Shown one piece after another: positions 53,752-64,000 of a DNA stretch of 64,000 nt. A program made the position numbers and the translations under genes. Position 1 is the stretch's first letter. Each line of letters opens with the position of its first letter. The notes under the pieces are model-generated. The model was not told the DNA's origin, did no database searches, and worked only from the letters and a program-made list of their open reading frames with translations. This DNA comes from Harriotta raleighana (Eukaryota), in the NCBI GenBank assembly GCA_050575255.1, contig JBNZDD010013730.1, positions 5,882,015-5,946,014 on the forward strand. Direction: 5' to 3'.

Positions 53752-53912
53752 GTAGATGCTCAGATGCAACTCAGGGGCCTATGGTCCATTGGAGAGCTAT
53801 GTCATGGATTGCCCCTCTTTCCTTTCACAGGACAAAGTAGGAAATGGGGCGGGAGACCAAAGCATATCTCTCCAGTAGATGAGAGGCTTCTGCAATGCAT
53901 CTGAGCATCTGC
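53752..53912. repeat. ~160 bp imperfect palindrome (hairpin element)
   Basis: Perfect 15-bp inverted arms AGATGCTCAGATGCA (53754-68) and TGCATCTGAGCATCT (53896-910); complementarity continues inward (tggagagctatg / catatctctcca). Confidence 0.8.
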
Positions 53913-55371
53913 ACTCAACCACTGACAAGTGCCTTCATTAGCCAAGGATCAGGCTGGAGACCTCTCCGATACAAGACGCCATTTTATAGGAAAAGTTATG
54001 CGTTCAATTTTACACTGTAAGAACTTACAAGAATTTCTAGAATGTGACTAGTTCCATGTTAAGCAGAGTGACAATTAAAGTGAAGCCCCTTACTAACATT
54101 TTAAGTTGGAAGCAGCCGGGATATTGACAACATGGCTACTTAAGTGGTAGTGACAAGTTAAGCCAGTGTCTTAATATCAGGAGATTTCTGAATAGCAAAA
54201 TATGTTTTTTTTAAAATTGTTCAGTAAGCTAATTCTCAGGCTCTTTATGTGTACAGTATTTAAAGTTAGTGTATTGAGATAGGACATGAGCTACAATTTC
54301 TTCTGATAGGCACTGTCATAGTCCTCTCTGCAAATGTGAGCAACAGCTGTTGCTGATATAGAAGAATAAATAATGGCTTCCTTGCCACCCTCCTCCTCCA
54401 TCCACAGCAGGAGATAAAATATTTGACACACACAAATCAAATACCAATGTGCTTTTCAGATCTTTCTGTGCACTGAATGAATGCAGACCTTCCAGCTAGA
54501 AAATGCAAGCTAAGGACCCAGATATTTCTAAGACTTTAATGTAATGATATATAAAACAATACTAGGACCCCACTTCACAAGACTGAAAGCAAGAATTGTG
54601 CTGAAGCAAGAGGTCATGGTTTGTTCTACTTTGTGTTTTCAGGCCTTATGATGTAATAACACCAATTGTTAACATGTGTTAATTAAACTGAGGCCAACTT
54701 GCCACACAACCAGCTTGGCTCCTCTGCACAGCAGCAACACCAGTTCTCCAATACCCTTATTATGAAACAGCTTTCACACTAATTTACACCTGCAGAAGCA
54801 TGAATTCAGCACAAAAAGTACCATGTATGATCTGAAACGTACAGTCATTTAGACCATGTCCACCAAAAACAGTCACATTGGTGGCTGAATGATCAAATGA
54901 CACAGCCACCAGCTGAAGTCAATCACCTAGAGCTGACACAACGACTGAGAAGCGCTATGGAGTCTTATATCACAGCAACACAAAATGTCTGAAAACAATT
55001 ATTGTATTGTAAGTTTTTTCCAAAACAGCACAAATAAAGAGGGTGAGAACATCCTCTTGCTGCTAGGTTAATGCATTCCCATTATAAACCCACACCATTG
55101 CACTTAATAGCAAAAGGTATTTCTCACCCTCAATCTGTGTCCATAACACTCTATAGTTTCTTATATAATTTGACTGGGGCAAAAAACTCACAACAGCATT
55201 TTAGATTTGTTCATCTACATTTTGTGTAAATCCTATGAAGGGCTTTTAAGGACAATTAATAGAAGCAGCTGAGTTTCTGCACGATCCTTTTTCTTGTCTT
55301 CAATTTCCACTGGATAAAAATTGGAAAGACTTTTCCAGGTACAATTTTCTCTTCCTGAATTACTCTTTATT

Positions 55372-55580
55372 ATCTCCCTCCCGGCTCCCCGTGTTGAGTG
55401 CGACGCAGCGCGCTTGGGGGCGGCCCTCCTGCCAACCCCAGCCCTCACCACCTCGCCCGCCCCTCCCCCTCCACAGCCACGTTCAACTGGAAGGGCCAAC
55501 CGATGGTCGAGGAACCAGCGGACCCGGTGTTCACCCAGGAGCGGATCCTGCGGCAGTGCGCGGAGCTGTACAACAAACGC
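55372..55580 (+). other. CpG-rich segment (captured 5'UTR/first exon of the parent gene)
   Basis: Abrupt switch from AT-rich flank to GC/CpG-dense sequence with GC boxes (gggggcgg, cccgcccc). Confidence 0.7.
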
Positions 55581-55806
55581 CAGAAAGTTCCCACTTTAGG
55601 ACTGTCAAGGATTGGAAATGGTCCTAGGCCTACGCACCGCTCCTCCCCACAGGAAGATCACTATTATGGTGATTGGAAACCGCTCTGCTGGCAAGAGCAC
55701 CTTCATCAATTGGTACATGGAAGATATAATTCAAAAAACAGGAGTTTCTCTTGAGACGCAAGGAATTACTTTCCTCACAGGTGGCAGGAAAAGAGAAACT
55801 CTTCGA
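55503..55806 (+). pseudogene. Processed, 3'-truncated, frameshifted fragment of an uncharacterised EHD/sarcalumenin-like (dynamin superfamily) P-loop NTPase
   Basis: MVEEPADPVFTQERILRQCAELYNKRQK..GLSRIG, a +1 frameshift in the AAA at 55616-18, then MVLGLRTAPPHRKITIMVIGNRSAGKSTFINWYMEDIIQKTGVSLETQGITFLTGGRKRETLR. Walker A GxxxxGKS follows a hydrophobic strand. From memory it resembles an uncharacterised fish/invertebrate family (zebrafish si:dkey-98f17.5-like). No introns. Confidence 0.82.
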
Positions 55807-55842
55807 GTGGTTCAGGCGGGCGGCGAGGACAGGGAGCTGGAC

Positions 55843-55920
55843 TGTTGTTAATTGTTGTTGTTGTTTCTTCTGTTGTTGCTTTTGCTTATTATTGTTGATG
55901 ATGTTTGTTGTTGTTGTTTG
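55843..55920. repeat. Degenerate (TTG)n microsatellite
   Basis: tgttgttaattgttgttgttg...gttgttgtttg. Confidence 0.9.
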
Positions 55921-56197
55921 CCCCCCCCTGACCTTTTGCCCTCCTTTTTCTTCTTCCCTCTCTCCCTTTCCCCCCTTCCCTCCCTCTTCCCTCTTGCCCC
56001 CCTTTCTCCTTGGTTTCCCTCCCTCCACCTTTACCCCCCTCTTCCCCCTTGCCACCATTTCTCCCTCCTTGTCCTCCTTGATTTCCCCCTTGTCCTCCTT
56101 TCTCCGTCCTTTTTCCTCCCTGATTTTACCCCACCCGCGTTTTCCTCCGTCTCCCCCCTTGTCCCTTTTTCCCCCTTTCTTCCCTGGCCCCATTTCC
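55921..56197. repeat. Polypyrimidine (CT-rich) low-complexity tract
   Basis: Almost only C/T with recurrent ccttg/cccctt units; may include low-quality base calls next to the gap. Confidence 0.85.
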
Positions 56198-56249
56198 GTG
56201 TATGTTTGTGGGACACTGCTGTGCGCAATTTGGCTGCCGCGTTTCTCCC

Positions 56250-56375
56250 NNNNNNNNNNNNNNNNNNNNNNNNNNNNNNNNNNNNNNNNNNNNNNNNNNN
56301 NNNNNNNNNNNNNNNNNNNNNNNNNNNNNNNNNNNNNNNNNNNNNNNNNNNNNNNNNNNNNNNNNNNNNNNNNNN
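56250..56375. other. Assembly gap
   Basis: Run of N; sequence left of the gap (~56150-56249) repeats sequence right of it (~56380-56480). Confidence 0.99.
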
Positions 56376-56426
56376 CAACCCCTCCCCTTGCCCTCTTTCC
56401 CCCTTTCATCCCTGGCCCTCTCGCTT

Positions 56427-56615
56427 CCATGACTGTTTGTGGGACACTGCTGTGCGCAATTTGGCTGCCGCGTTTCGCCCACAAATATACAGTCAGTTTT
56501 TCCTGCTTTTCTTCCCCCGACCCCTCCCCCCACTTGACTGTACAGCGCCTTGGGACGTCCTCCTGACGTGAAAGGCGCTATATAAATATAATAAATAAAT
56601 AAAATAAAATAAATT
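56427..56615 (+). mobile_element. Chimeric SINE body plus L2 3'UTR/tail with (TAAA)n end
   Basis: ccatgactgtttgtgggacactgctgtgcgcaatttggctgccgcgtttcgcccacaaatatacagtca (SINE), then a C-rich linker and cagcgccttgggacgtcctcctgacgtgaaaggcgctatataaat, nearly identical to the L2 tail at 60861-60905. Confidence 0.88.
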
Positions 56616-58394
56616 ATTGGGATCTAAGCCAGAGATTTAATTGTTGACTAATAGGTTGAATGTCTAATTGTAAATAAACTGTGTATCCTCTTTTCTAAAT
56701 AAACCAATACTCACACCAGGAGAGGAATTTTGCTGCAATTACTGAAAGTAAGACATAAGCTAAGTGTTTATTTTATGTACACCTCAATGCCTTTCAGCAG
56801 GACAGCAAGTAGCCATTTGCTTCAATGCATTGAGGAAAAATGATCGCTCAGTGTGCAATAATCTTCTGTTTGTGTCAAGTTGGATACTGGGCTGAATTTT
56901 TTTTTAAAACTCAGCAAATATTTCCATTCATACAACAAAAATGTCAAAGTACAGGATTAAATCCTATCTCCTTCATCAGACCGCTCAATGTGGTTTGCAT
57001 GAATTTGTGCAGCACTATTTTTCTTACTCACGAGATATCAGCAATATTTAATGCAGCTCAGTTCTCTATTTATAGTACACATTGTGAATCGATAGTTATG
57101 TCTGATGTATGTGTAATAACTAGGAAAATGCTTATGTTATTCCACAAATTAGTTCTAGCAAAGGGAGCGCCCCTTCTTTGAGATAGTGTATTCAAAGTTA
57201 GATGTGGTTCTGTGACCAGTTGAGATCACTGGCTCAAAAACAATGAACATGATTTAATTCAATCACAGGCCTCTGTTGGTCTGTCAGACCTGCTGCTGCA
57301 AAGTCAAAAGGATGGCTTTCAGCAATGGAAATGCCACAAAGTGCAGACACACATATACATTAAAAATAATGAAGTCAATAGTGAGCATTTTTTCTATGTT
57401 TCAATGCACTGCAGCTTTGCCTTGTGCCAACATGCCTCCAGTGTGCCCAAGACCCATGATAAATATACCTTTGAGCTCATTATTGTCTAATTAGCACCAC
57501 TAACCAAACTACAAAACACATTTTCATAACAATGAGTACGAGTTTGTAGTCTAAAAATAACCAGCCATGGAGTTCTCATTTGCATATTAATTAACTGAAA
57601 AAAAATGTTTTCTCAGGTCGTTTTTATTCCTCTGCTGCATAAAATTCAAACACTTAGAACCATAAGATTCGCTTTATTATGGTTTTCCAACAGTTCAGAG
57701 GTGCAACAGCTGACATTTTATGAAGCAAGTGCTGATTCTTTTTAATTAACACGATCGTTTACCTTCTAATGTTGGGCATTTTCCTGGTTCATGTTAAATA
57801 TATTTAGAACTGCAAAGTTAAACCAGCCTCGGTCATGCTGACTTTCGCTACGACTGCAGAGAAAGAGTGACAAAACTGCAGGAAGCCAGATTTCATCAAC
57901 AATTCACATGTAGAAACAGAGGCTGAAACTCAATAAAATTGGCATAGCACATTTTCATGATATACCAACCAGGACTGTCAGGGCTGAAGTGAATTTCAAA
58001 ATATATTGAATACATAATACAATTTTCCAGTCTGGACAAGTTTAAAAAAAAGCAAGGAACTTAGCTTTCAAAATTGTATCATCCACTTCCAATGTGACAG
58101 GTCCCATGATTTTTAGCAAGTATGATACTTTCAAGGTAAGAGAACACTGATACTGGAGAGTGTTTTAATTGAGGACAATACATCATATTGCAGATTCATA
58201 CCAAAATTGTGTACTTTGTGGTGATAATAGCTGCTAAGCAGAAAGACCATAGAAATGATCAACGGATTAATAGGATCTGTAACTGATTAGGAATAAAATT
58301 CAGTAAAACACTTGGAAATATCCCTTTTGGTTGCATCATGTCAAGTTCACAAAAAAAAGGATTTTGTTTAGGATAAGGTCCCCAAATATATATA

Positions 58395-58681
58395 TTTTTA
58401 ATGGTACAGCTTTTCACTTTTTCTAGAAGTCTGAAAGTGCTTCACAGAAAATACTGTAAAGTGAATTGACTGTATATTTGTGGGCGAAACGCAGCAGCCA
58501 ATTGCGCACAACAGTGTCCCACAAACAGTCCTGGATTGAAATGACCAATTTATTATTGTTAATTTTGAGGGATTATTATCAGGCATGAGGTACAAGGAAA
58601 CTTGCCCAAGGTTTCGCCTTGCCTGGAATCGAACCCAGGTCTCTTGCTTGCAAGACATGTGCTCTAACCAACAGGGCTCCA
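58395..58681 (-). mobile_element. Near full-length tRNA-derived SINE
   Basis: Reverse complement of the family consensus including B box ggttcgattcc. Confidence 0.92.
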
Positions 58682-59274
58682 ATATGGAATTCATAATTTG
58701 CAATGAAGTACAAAACACGACTAATTTCAATTAGTGCAAGATTAACTTGGAGAATAACACTACAACATGCTGGTACAATACATAGAAGGGTAGCTCCATC
58801 TCCCACTCAGAATTGAACTCATTGCATCCACAACACCATGAAAGATGCTTTGATATTTGTTAACATTCCCTCAGAAGTCGACAAAATGCCAGCCCTTCAG
58901 GCTCTTACAACAAGTTTAGACGAGGCCAAAGGTGTTTTGTTGCAATTTGCCACAACAAAATCTGAAAAACTACACATAAGGGAACAAAATGCAGCAGAAC
59001 TGAACTGAGCATGCTGAGGAAAGTCCTCCAGAGAGTTGACAAACAAGAAAACAAATGGCAGTCACTGATCCATCACAAGCAACATCTGTGACATAGCTTG
59101 ACATGTTCACAACTCCTTTGAATATCATCACCTATTAAAACCCTTCAGTGTAGAATTCACATTACTCAAGCTGCTCTCAATAGAGTTCTGCCTTCATGTC
59201 TTTAGCCACATTACTCATATTGTCTCCTCTGCATTCACCACAAGCCAATTGAATTGTTGGTTTGACAAATTGAA

Positions 59275-59680
59275 CAATACAACAATAACCACCACCAACA
59301 ACAATAGTAGCAGCAGCAAGCATCTACATAATATTCCTCATACGAGGTAGCATCTCAAAGTCCTTAGCAATGGCGAAGTTTGACACTGACTGACATACTC
59401 CCGATTTGAAATTTGCTATGGAAATATAATTTTGTTGTTGTGCTGGAGCTGAAGAGAATGGCGAGGTGACTGTGGTAAAGTGAAATGTCTTCAAGTGTGT
59501 ACTGAAGACGGGTAAAGTCAGAGGGATTGAGGCCTGGAGTTTCAGAGGTTCAGGGCATGAAAGCACGGCTGCCGAGAGCGGAGCGGAGTGGTCAAGGAAC
59601 ACACAGAAGGCCAGAGCCAGCCAAATAAAGGGACTGGGTGAAAGAATGGATTGTGAGCAGGTTGGAAAGGTCCCAGGGCA
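59275..59680 (-). mobile_element. Old L2 3' end
   Basis: Minus ORF ...LPVFSTHLKTFHF; (CAA/CAG)n reverse tail with gcatctcaaag. Confidence 0.65.
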
Positions 59681-60557
59681 TAAAGTGATTTGCAGATGAT
59701 TTATGATATAGTTTAAGGTGCAGTTTCAGAATTTTTAATTTGTCAAAAACATAAAAGGCATGATGTTAGCTTAGGGGCCACTTCAAATACATCAGTGCTG
59801 ATGCGATGCAGAATTCACATAAAAATGTATGCAACTGAAAATACAATCAGTGATTATATAGAATTTCCCATGATACAATGATATGACATAAGCTTTCAAC
59901 ACTCAAAGGTGATTTATTGACCATTCATCACAATGACACTACATTGTACCCTTGTCAAATGAGTTTGAGAAGCATTACGGGAACAAAGCATTTCAATGCC
60001 ACACATGAGATGACTTTTAATCCTTTGAGGCCAAGGGTAACATTTTCTTACTAAACATTTTTTTCTAAAAAAAACTTTTTAAAAAAAAAGTCTCAAGTCT
60101 GCACCAAGGTTTCATTGATGTCATGTATGTCAGCACATCTGAACACCATAGCATACGGGGTGGTCTCACATGGTGTAGGATATATAAAAGTTCATTTCCT
60201 GTCTGATCGGATGAAAAGAATGATTGTAAAATTGTCCAAAGGGCACTCAGGAAATCTATCTACATCTTCTGCCTTTCTTTCGTGTGAATGGGAGTGTTCA
60301 AGATACCAGGGTTTTCATATTATTATACTTCATGTTTCTTCTACCACAATAATGCACATCTCCTTGTTCCCAAACTCTTCCAGTAGAGTGTGGAATAGAA
60401 ATATGTTACAAGGAAAAGCATGCACGATAATTTCAGGGTGTTGATAAATAATGTTAGAAAGTCATCAACAACTGTTAACAGCTTCAGAAGTGGTGTTAAA
60501 GGAATAGCATATAGGCCACTGGTCTCAATCAGCCACAATTTTTTATTTTTTGGGCTC

Positions 60558-60931
60558 AGGTGGGTGTCCTGCCCGTACCCTCCGTTCTTCTGGCTCTGGT
60601 CTGCTCCACATCCCCTGCCCTAACCGCCCTACCATTGGCGGCCGGGCTTTCAGCTGCTCAGCCCCCAGGCTCTGGAACTCCATCCCCCAGTGCCTTCGCC
60701 TCGCTCCCTCCCTTTCCTCTTTCAAGGCCGGCCTCAAGACCTTTCTCTTCGACCGTGCCTTCAGCTCCCCTCTCGACTCTCTACCTCCTCCTTGCTCCCA
60801 CCCTCCCCCTCCCCCCTCCCCCCGAACATTTCCCCCTGCTCGGGTCTTAAATCATCTGTCCAGCGCCTTGGGACGTCCTCCTGACGTGAAACGCGCTCTA
60901 TAAATGTAATTTTGTTGTTGTTGTTGTTGTT
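60558..60931 (+). mobile_element. Young 5'-truncated L2 LINE 3' end
   Basis: PARTLRSSGSGLLHIP..RPTIGGRAFSCSAPRLWNSIPQCLRLAPSLSSFKAGLKTFLFDRAF, C-rich UTR, stem-loop tail, (TTG)n; CpGs retained. Confidence 0.95.
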
Positions 60932-60990
60932 GCAGAAACCCATCGCCATTCTTAAGAGCATCCAAACCAAGCTGAGATTTCCATTTATAC

Positions 60991-61298
60991 TAATAGTATT
61001 AATCCTTGCATTTGATGTTGCACTTTTCATGTCTTCTAGGCATCTCAAAGCGCTTCACATATTATACTGTAAAGCAAATTGACTGTATATTTGTGAGAGA
61101 AATGTGGCAGCCAATTGCGCACAGCAGTGTCCCACAAACAGTCCTGGATTGAAATCACCAATTTTTTATTTTTTTTTGAAGTTTTATTATTAGGCGTATG
61201 GAGCAAGGAAACTTGCCCAAGGTTTCACCCTACCTGGAGTTGAACCCAGGTCTCTCCCTTGCGAGACAAGTCCTCTAATCACTGAGCTACAGGACTCC
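60991..61298 (-). mobile_element. Full-length tRNA-derived SINE
   Basis: Minus-strand head ggagtcctgtagctcagtgattagagg, body and tail. Confidence 0.93.
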
Positions 61299-64000
61299 AT
61301 CTACACATTGAAATCCCAGGGATACATTGGTGGAATGGAATGGACACTCTCCCTGGAGGGACGCATCCTGCTTATCTAATTCCGGAAAGAATTAAGACAA
61401 GTTAGCAAAAGCCAAGGCTTGGGGATCCCAGAGTGTGCCTTTGGGGTACTCGCTGAGTCTAACCAGCCAAAACCCCACAGCTTGTCATTCATATGGCTGT
61501 CAGGCAAACTTTCCCGCTGCTTGTCCACCTAGGACCACCCAACACATTAGGGTTTTGGCTTGCTCAGCTCTTTTAACAGGAATGACTCCCTACTCCCAGT
61601 GACTGGTCTGCCCTTCCAAATCCTGATGGTTAGCTGTGCTGGCTATGCTGTCGTCAGCAGTGGCCTGGAATATTGCAGACCTCAGGAGCCAGATTACCAC
61701 AGAGGGCTGGCTTGATTCCGATATTCCATTGTGGATTGAAGGATGTTATTTGAATCCATGTTGCCGTTGTTGGATCTCCTGCACAGAAAGTCTAATATCT
61801 TATTTCAATTTTTGGTGAATCTCTTCAAAAAGAAACTGTACTTCAAGTAAATAACTTAAAACGTGAACTATGCTGCCTGTGTGGAAGGCACTACTGTATG
61901 TACATATGATTTGTTGTTGTTATGCTGCTGGTTCATTCAACAGTTAAGGCTGCTATCTGGAATGCACAGAAGGCTACGATTGATATCAACTTTCTGCGGT
62001 TAAAAAGGAGAAATTAGGAAAAAACCCAGGCTTCTGAGTTATCTACCTCATCAGAAACTTAGCTGGAGGTGTGAGGATATCAGGCATTGCCATTATTGCT
62101 TTCAAAAGCCACCCAACCCACCAAAAATCCTGCTGTTGCTTACTATCTAAGTTTACACATGAGAAACGGTCATTTGGACAAATTGCAAGCTACAAAAAGT
62201 GATTTTGTGGCTACTAGTGTAATAGTACTCAGCAAGTAAAACTCTTTAAATCTCCTACCCTGTCTCATATCCTCTACTATTTTTTTCCAACAGATGTGAT
62301 AGACTATCTGTCACTCTTTAATATATATATGTTTTTTAAATGCAGTATATACTCTCATTTGACCATGAGCAAAATATAGATCAGTGCCCATTGAACAGCA
62401 GAGCAAGATACCAGTTTACAACTCGAAAACCATTTTAATCCCTAAGTCTCCTTCAATGTTACGTGTTCCTGTCTCCTTGCCTGATGTGGTCATTTGTAGC
62501 CTCCTGTACTCTTCTCTAGTTCATGACTGCCTACTTGTCTATACCAAAGAGACATTTTAATCAATTTCTTGTGACTGAAGTTCAAGTAACTGGTTTTGAT
62601 GAAGGAAAAGTCAATGTAATGCAGACAAGCTGGAAAAACAGAGTTTCTTGCCAATTGGCGAGTACATTTCAAGATGTTTTTAACTGCAAGAATAAACACC
62701 AAAGCATAGTATTGAAGAAAACTCTACAAATGTTTTCTTAAATCTTACTAATCTGAGGTTTCAATGAAGATCAAAGAGGAAATGGAGTAATGTTTGAGAA
62801 TGTGTTCCAGGTAATCAGAAACTTTAATGTCATGCGATAAAAATTTATACCAACATCCATAACTATTTTATGGATTTTTTTACAGTCGATGTTTTAAAAC
62901 AGATAGTGTTTTTTTGGTGGGTGAACCAGATATCTGACACATGCGGAAACTCCTCACCACGTTTAAGAGCATCCAAACCAAACAAAGTTCCATGCATCCC
63001 ACCAGTATGATGTAAAAAATGTTTGAATTTTTGGCAATGCTAAACTTCCACATATAAGTGGACCTCAGTGACAGTCTGACATGAAAAGAACAACAATTTA
63101 GAAAGGCAGAATGATCAGCAGTGCTTCTTAAAACTTGAATCTGAATAAACGGCAGATTTATTATCTCAATAGAATGAGAACTTTGTGAAAAGTGTTGAAG
63201 ATATTACTCTCCACCAATGGCAGAAAAGTGCATGGTTCCACAGATTACTGTAATTTTGATGAGCACTGTAAACTAATCATTTCATCTGCCTCTTTATTAA
63301 AGGATTAAAATTGTCATCAGTTGCTAGAGCACTTGTCTGCAGGATCAATTAACCTAGGGACATTGCAGATCATCTTATGAAGCTGCTTCACCTGCACTAT
63401 TATGATTTTCAAATTGAAAATTTATTCACAATCTCAGTATTTTACCTCTGAAAGGGTTGGGTCTGCCACATCAATGAGGTACTTGATTCTAAATCATCAG
63501 ATGTTGCTATTTGATAACTTGATCCCTTTCTAAACCTGTTTTTGTCACTTTAAGGTGTCCTTCCGCATCCATCAGCTGATATAAATATACACAGGTAAAT
63601 TGTTGTCATTTTGGTTTACGCTGAAATAAGTTAATGCATCAGCAATGCTCTTTATTAATACCTTTTTACAGCTAAAAGTTTTTATGTTTTTAAAGTTCTG
63701 TGTTAAGGTCAGAAATACACCCAATGATATGTTTTCACCTACTCGCTTCACTAAGTACAAATAGACCAAATCATTTAATTGTATGAATATGATTTAAAAA
63801 AACTCCCTCCCTCTCTCATTTTCCACTCACAATGCAGACAAAAAAAGGTCAACACACTTGTCCTGTGACTTGTCCCTAACCTTAACACACGCAATACACT
63901 TGGAAGTGACGAGCAGTATTGTAGGAGGCAGCCCAAGAGTTGTCACAAAAGAACTAATGTTCTCAGTGGTTCTGAAGATATCCTTTCAAATCTTCAAGTA

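Noticed and set aside
56150-56480. Apparent tandem duplication of CT tract plus SINE piece across the gap
   Set aside because: The left copy looks like an error-rich read end of the same sequence as the right copy, so it is probably an unmerged overlap.
55630-56571. Long ORFs (239-284 aa) on both strands
   Set aside because: They arise from stop-poor low-complexity TTG/CT tracts and read through the N gap; the translations are not protein-like.
55360-56620. Target-site duplication for the composite element
   Set aside because: Only a 5-bp AT-rich match (TTATT) at both ends, which is not distinguishable from chance.
58870-59085. Possible ancient RTE LINE C-terminus
   Set aside because: Only a vague resemblance (KWQSLIH) that cannot be supported without a profile search.
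1-64000. CRISPR arrays, operons or other prokaryotic systems; remaining 60-130 aa ORFs
   Set aside because: The sequence is vertebrate non-coding DNA. There is no regularly spaced repeat-spacer array, and the other short ORFs have no recognisable motifs.

Overview
AT-rich, repeat-laden, essentially non-coding vertebrate DNA. The repeat content (L2 and CR1 LINEs, an abundant tRNA-headed L2-tailed SINE, Deu-type SINE relics, a Harbinger relic) and single-N scaffold joins suggest a cartilaginous fish, most likely a chimaera such as the elephant shark (inference). I found no intact protein-coding gene; nearly all listed ORFs are spurious or come from transposons, so the window is probably a long intron or gene desert. 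The notable object is a ~1.2 kb CpG-rich composite insert at ~55372-56615. It consists of a 5'UTR plus intronless, frameshifted 5' coding part of an EHD/dynamin-like P-loop NTPase, then (TTG)n, a CT-rich tract, a SINE body fragment and an intact L2 3' stem-loop tail. It looks like a host-gene-capturing, L2-mobilised composite retroelement (SVA-like logic), but it spans an assembly gap. Other observations include a Tigger-type MITE, a ~160 bp imperfect palindrome, SINE structural variants and candidate conserved enhancers. Family names come from recalled consensus sequences, not database searches. Boundaries of degraded repeats are approximate.
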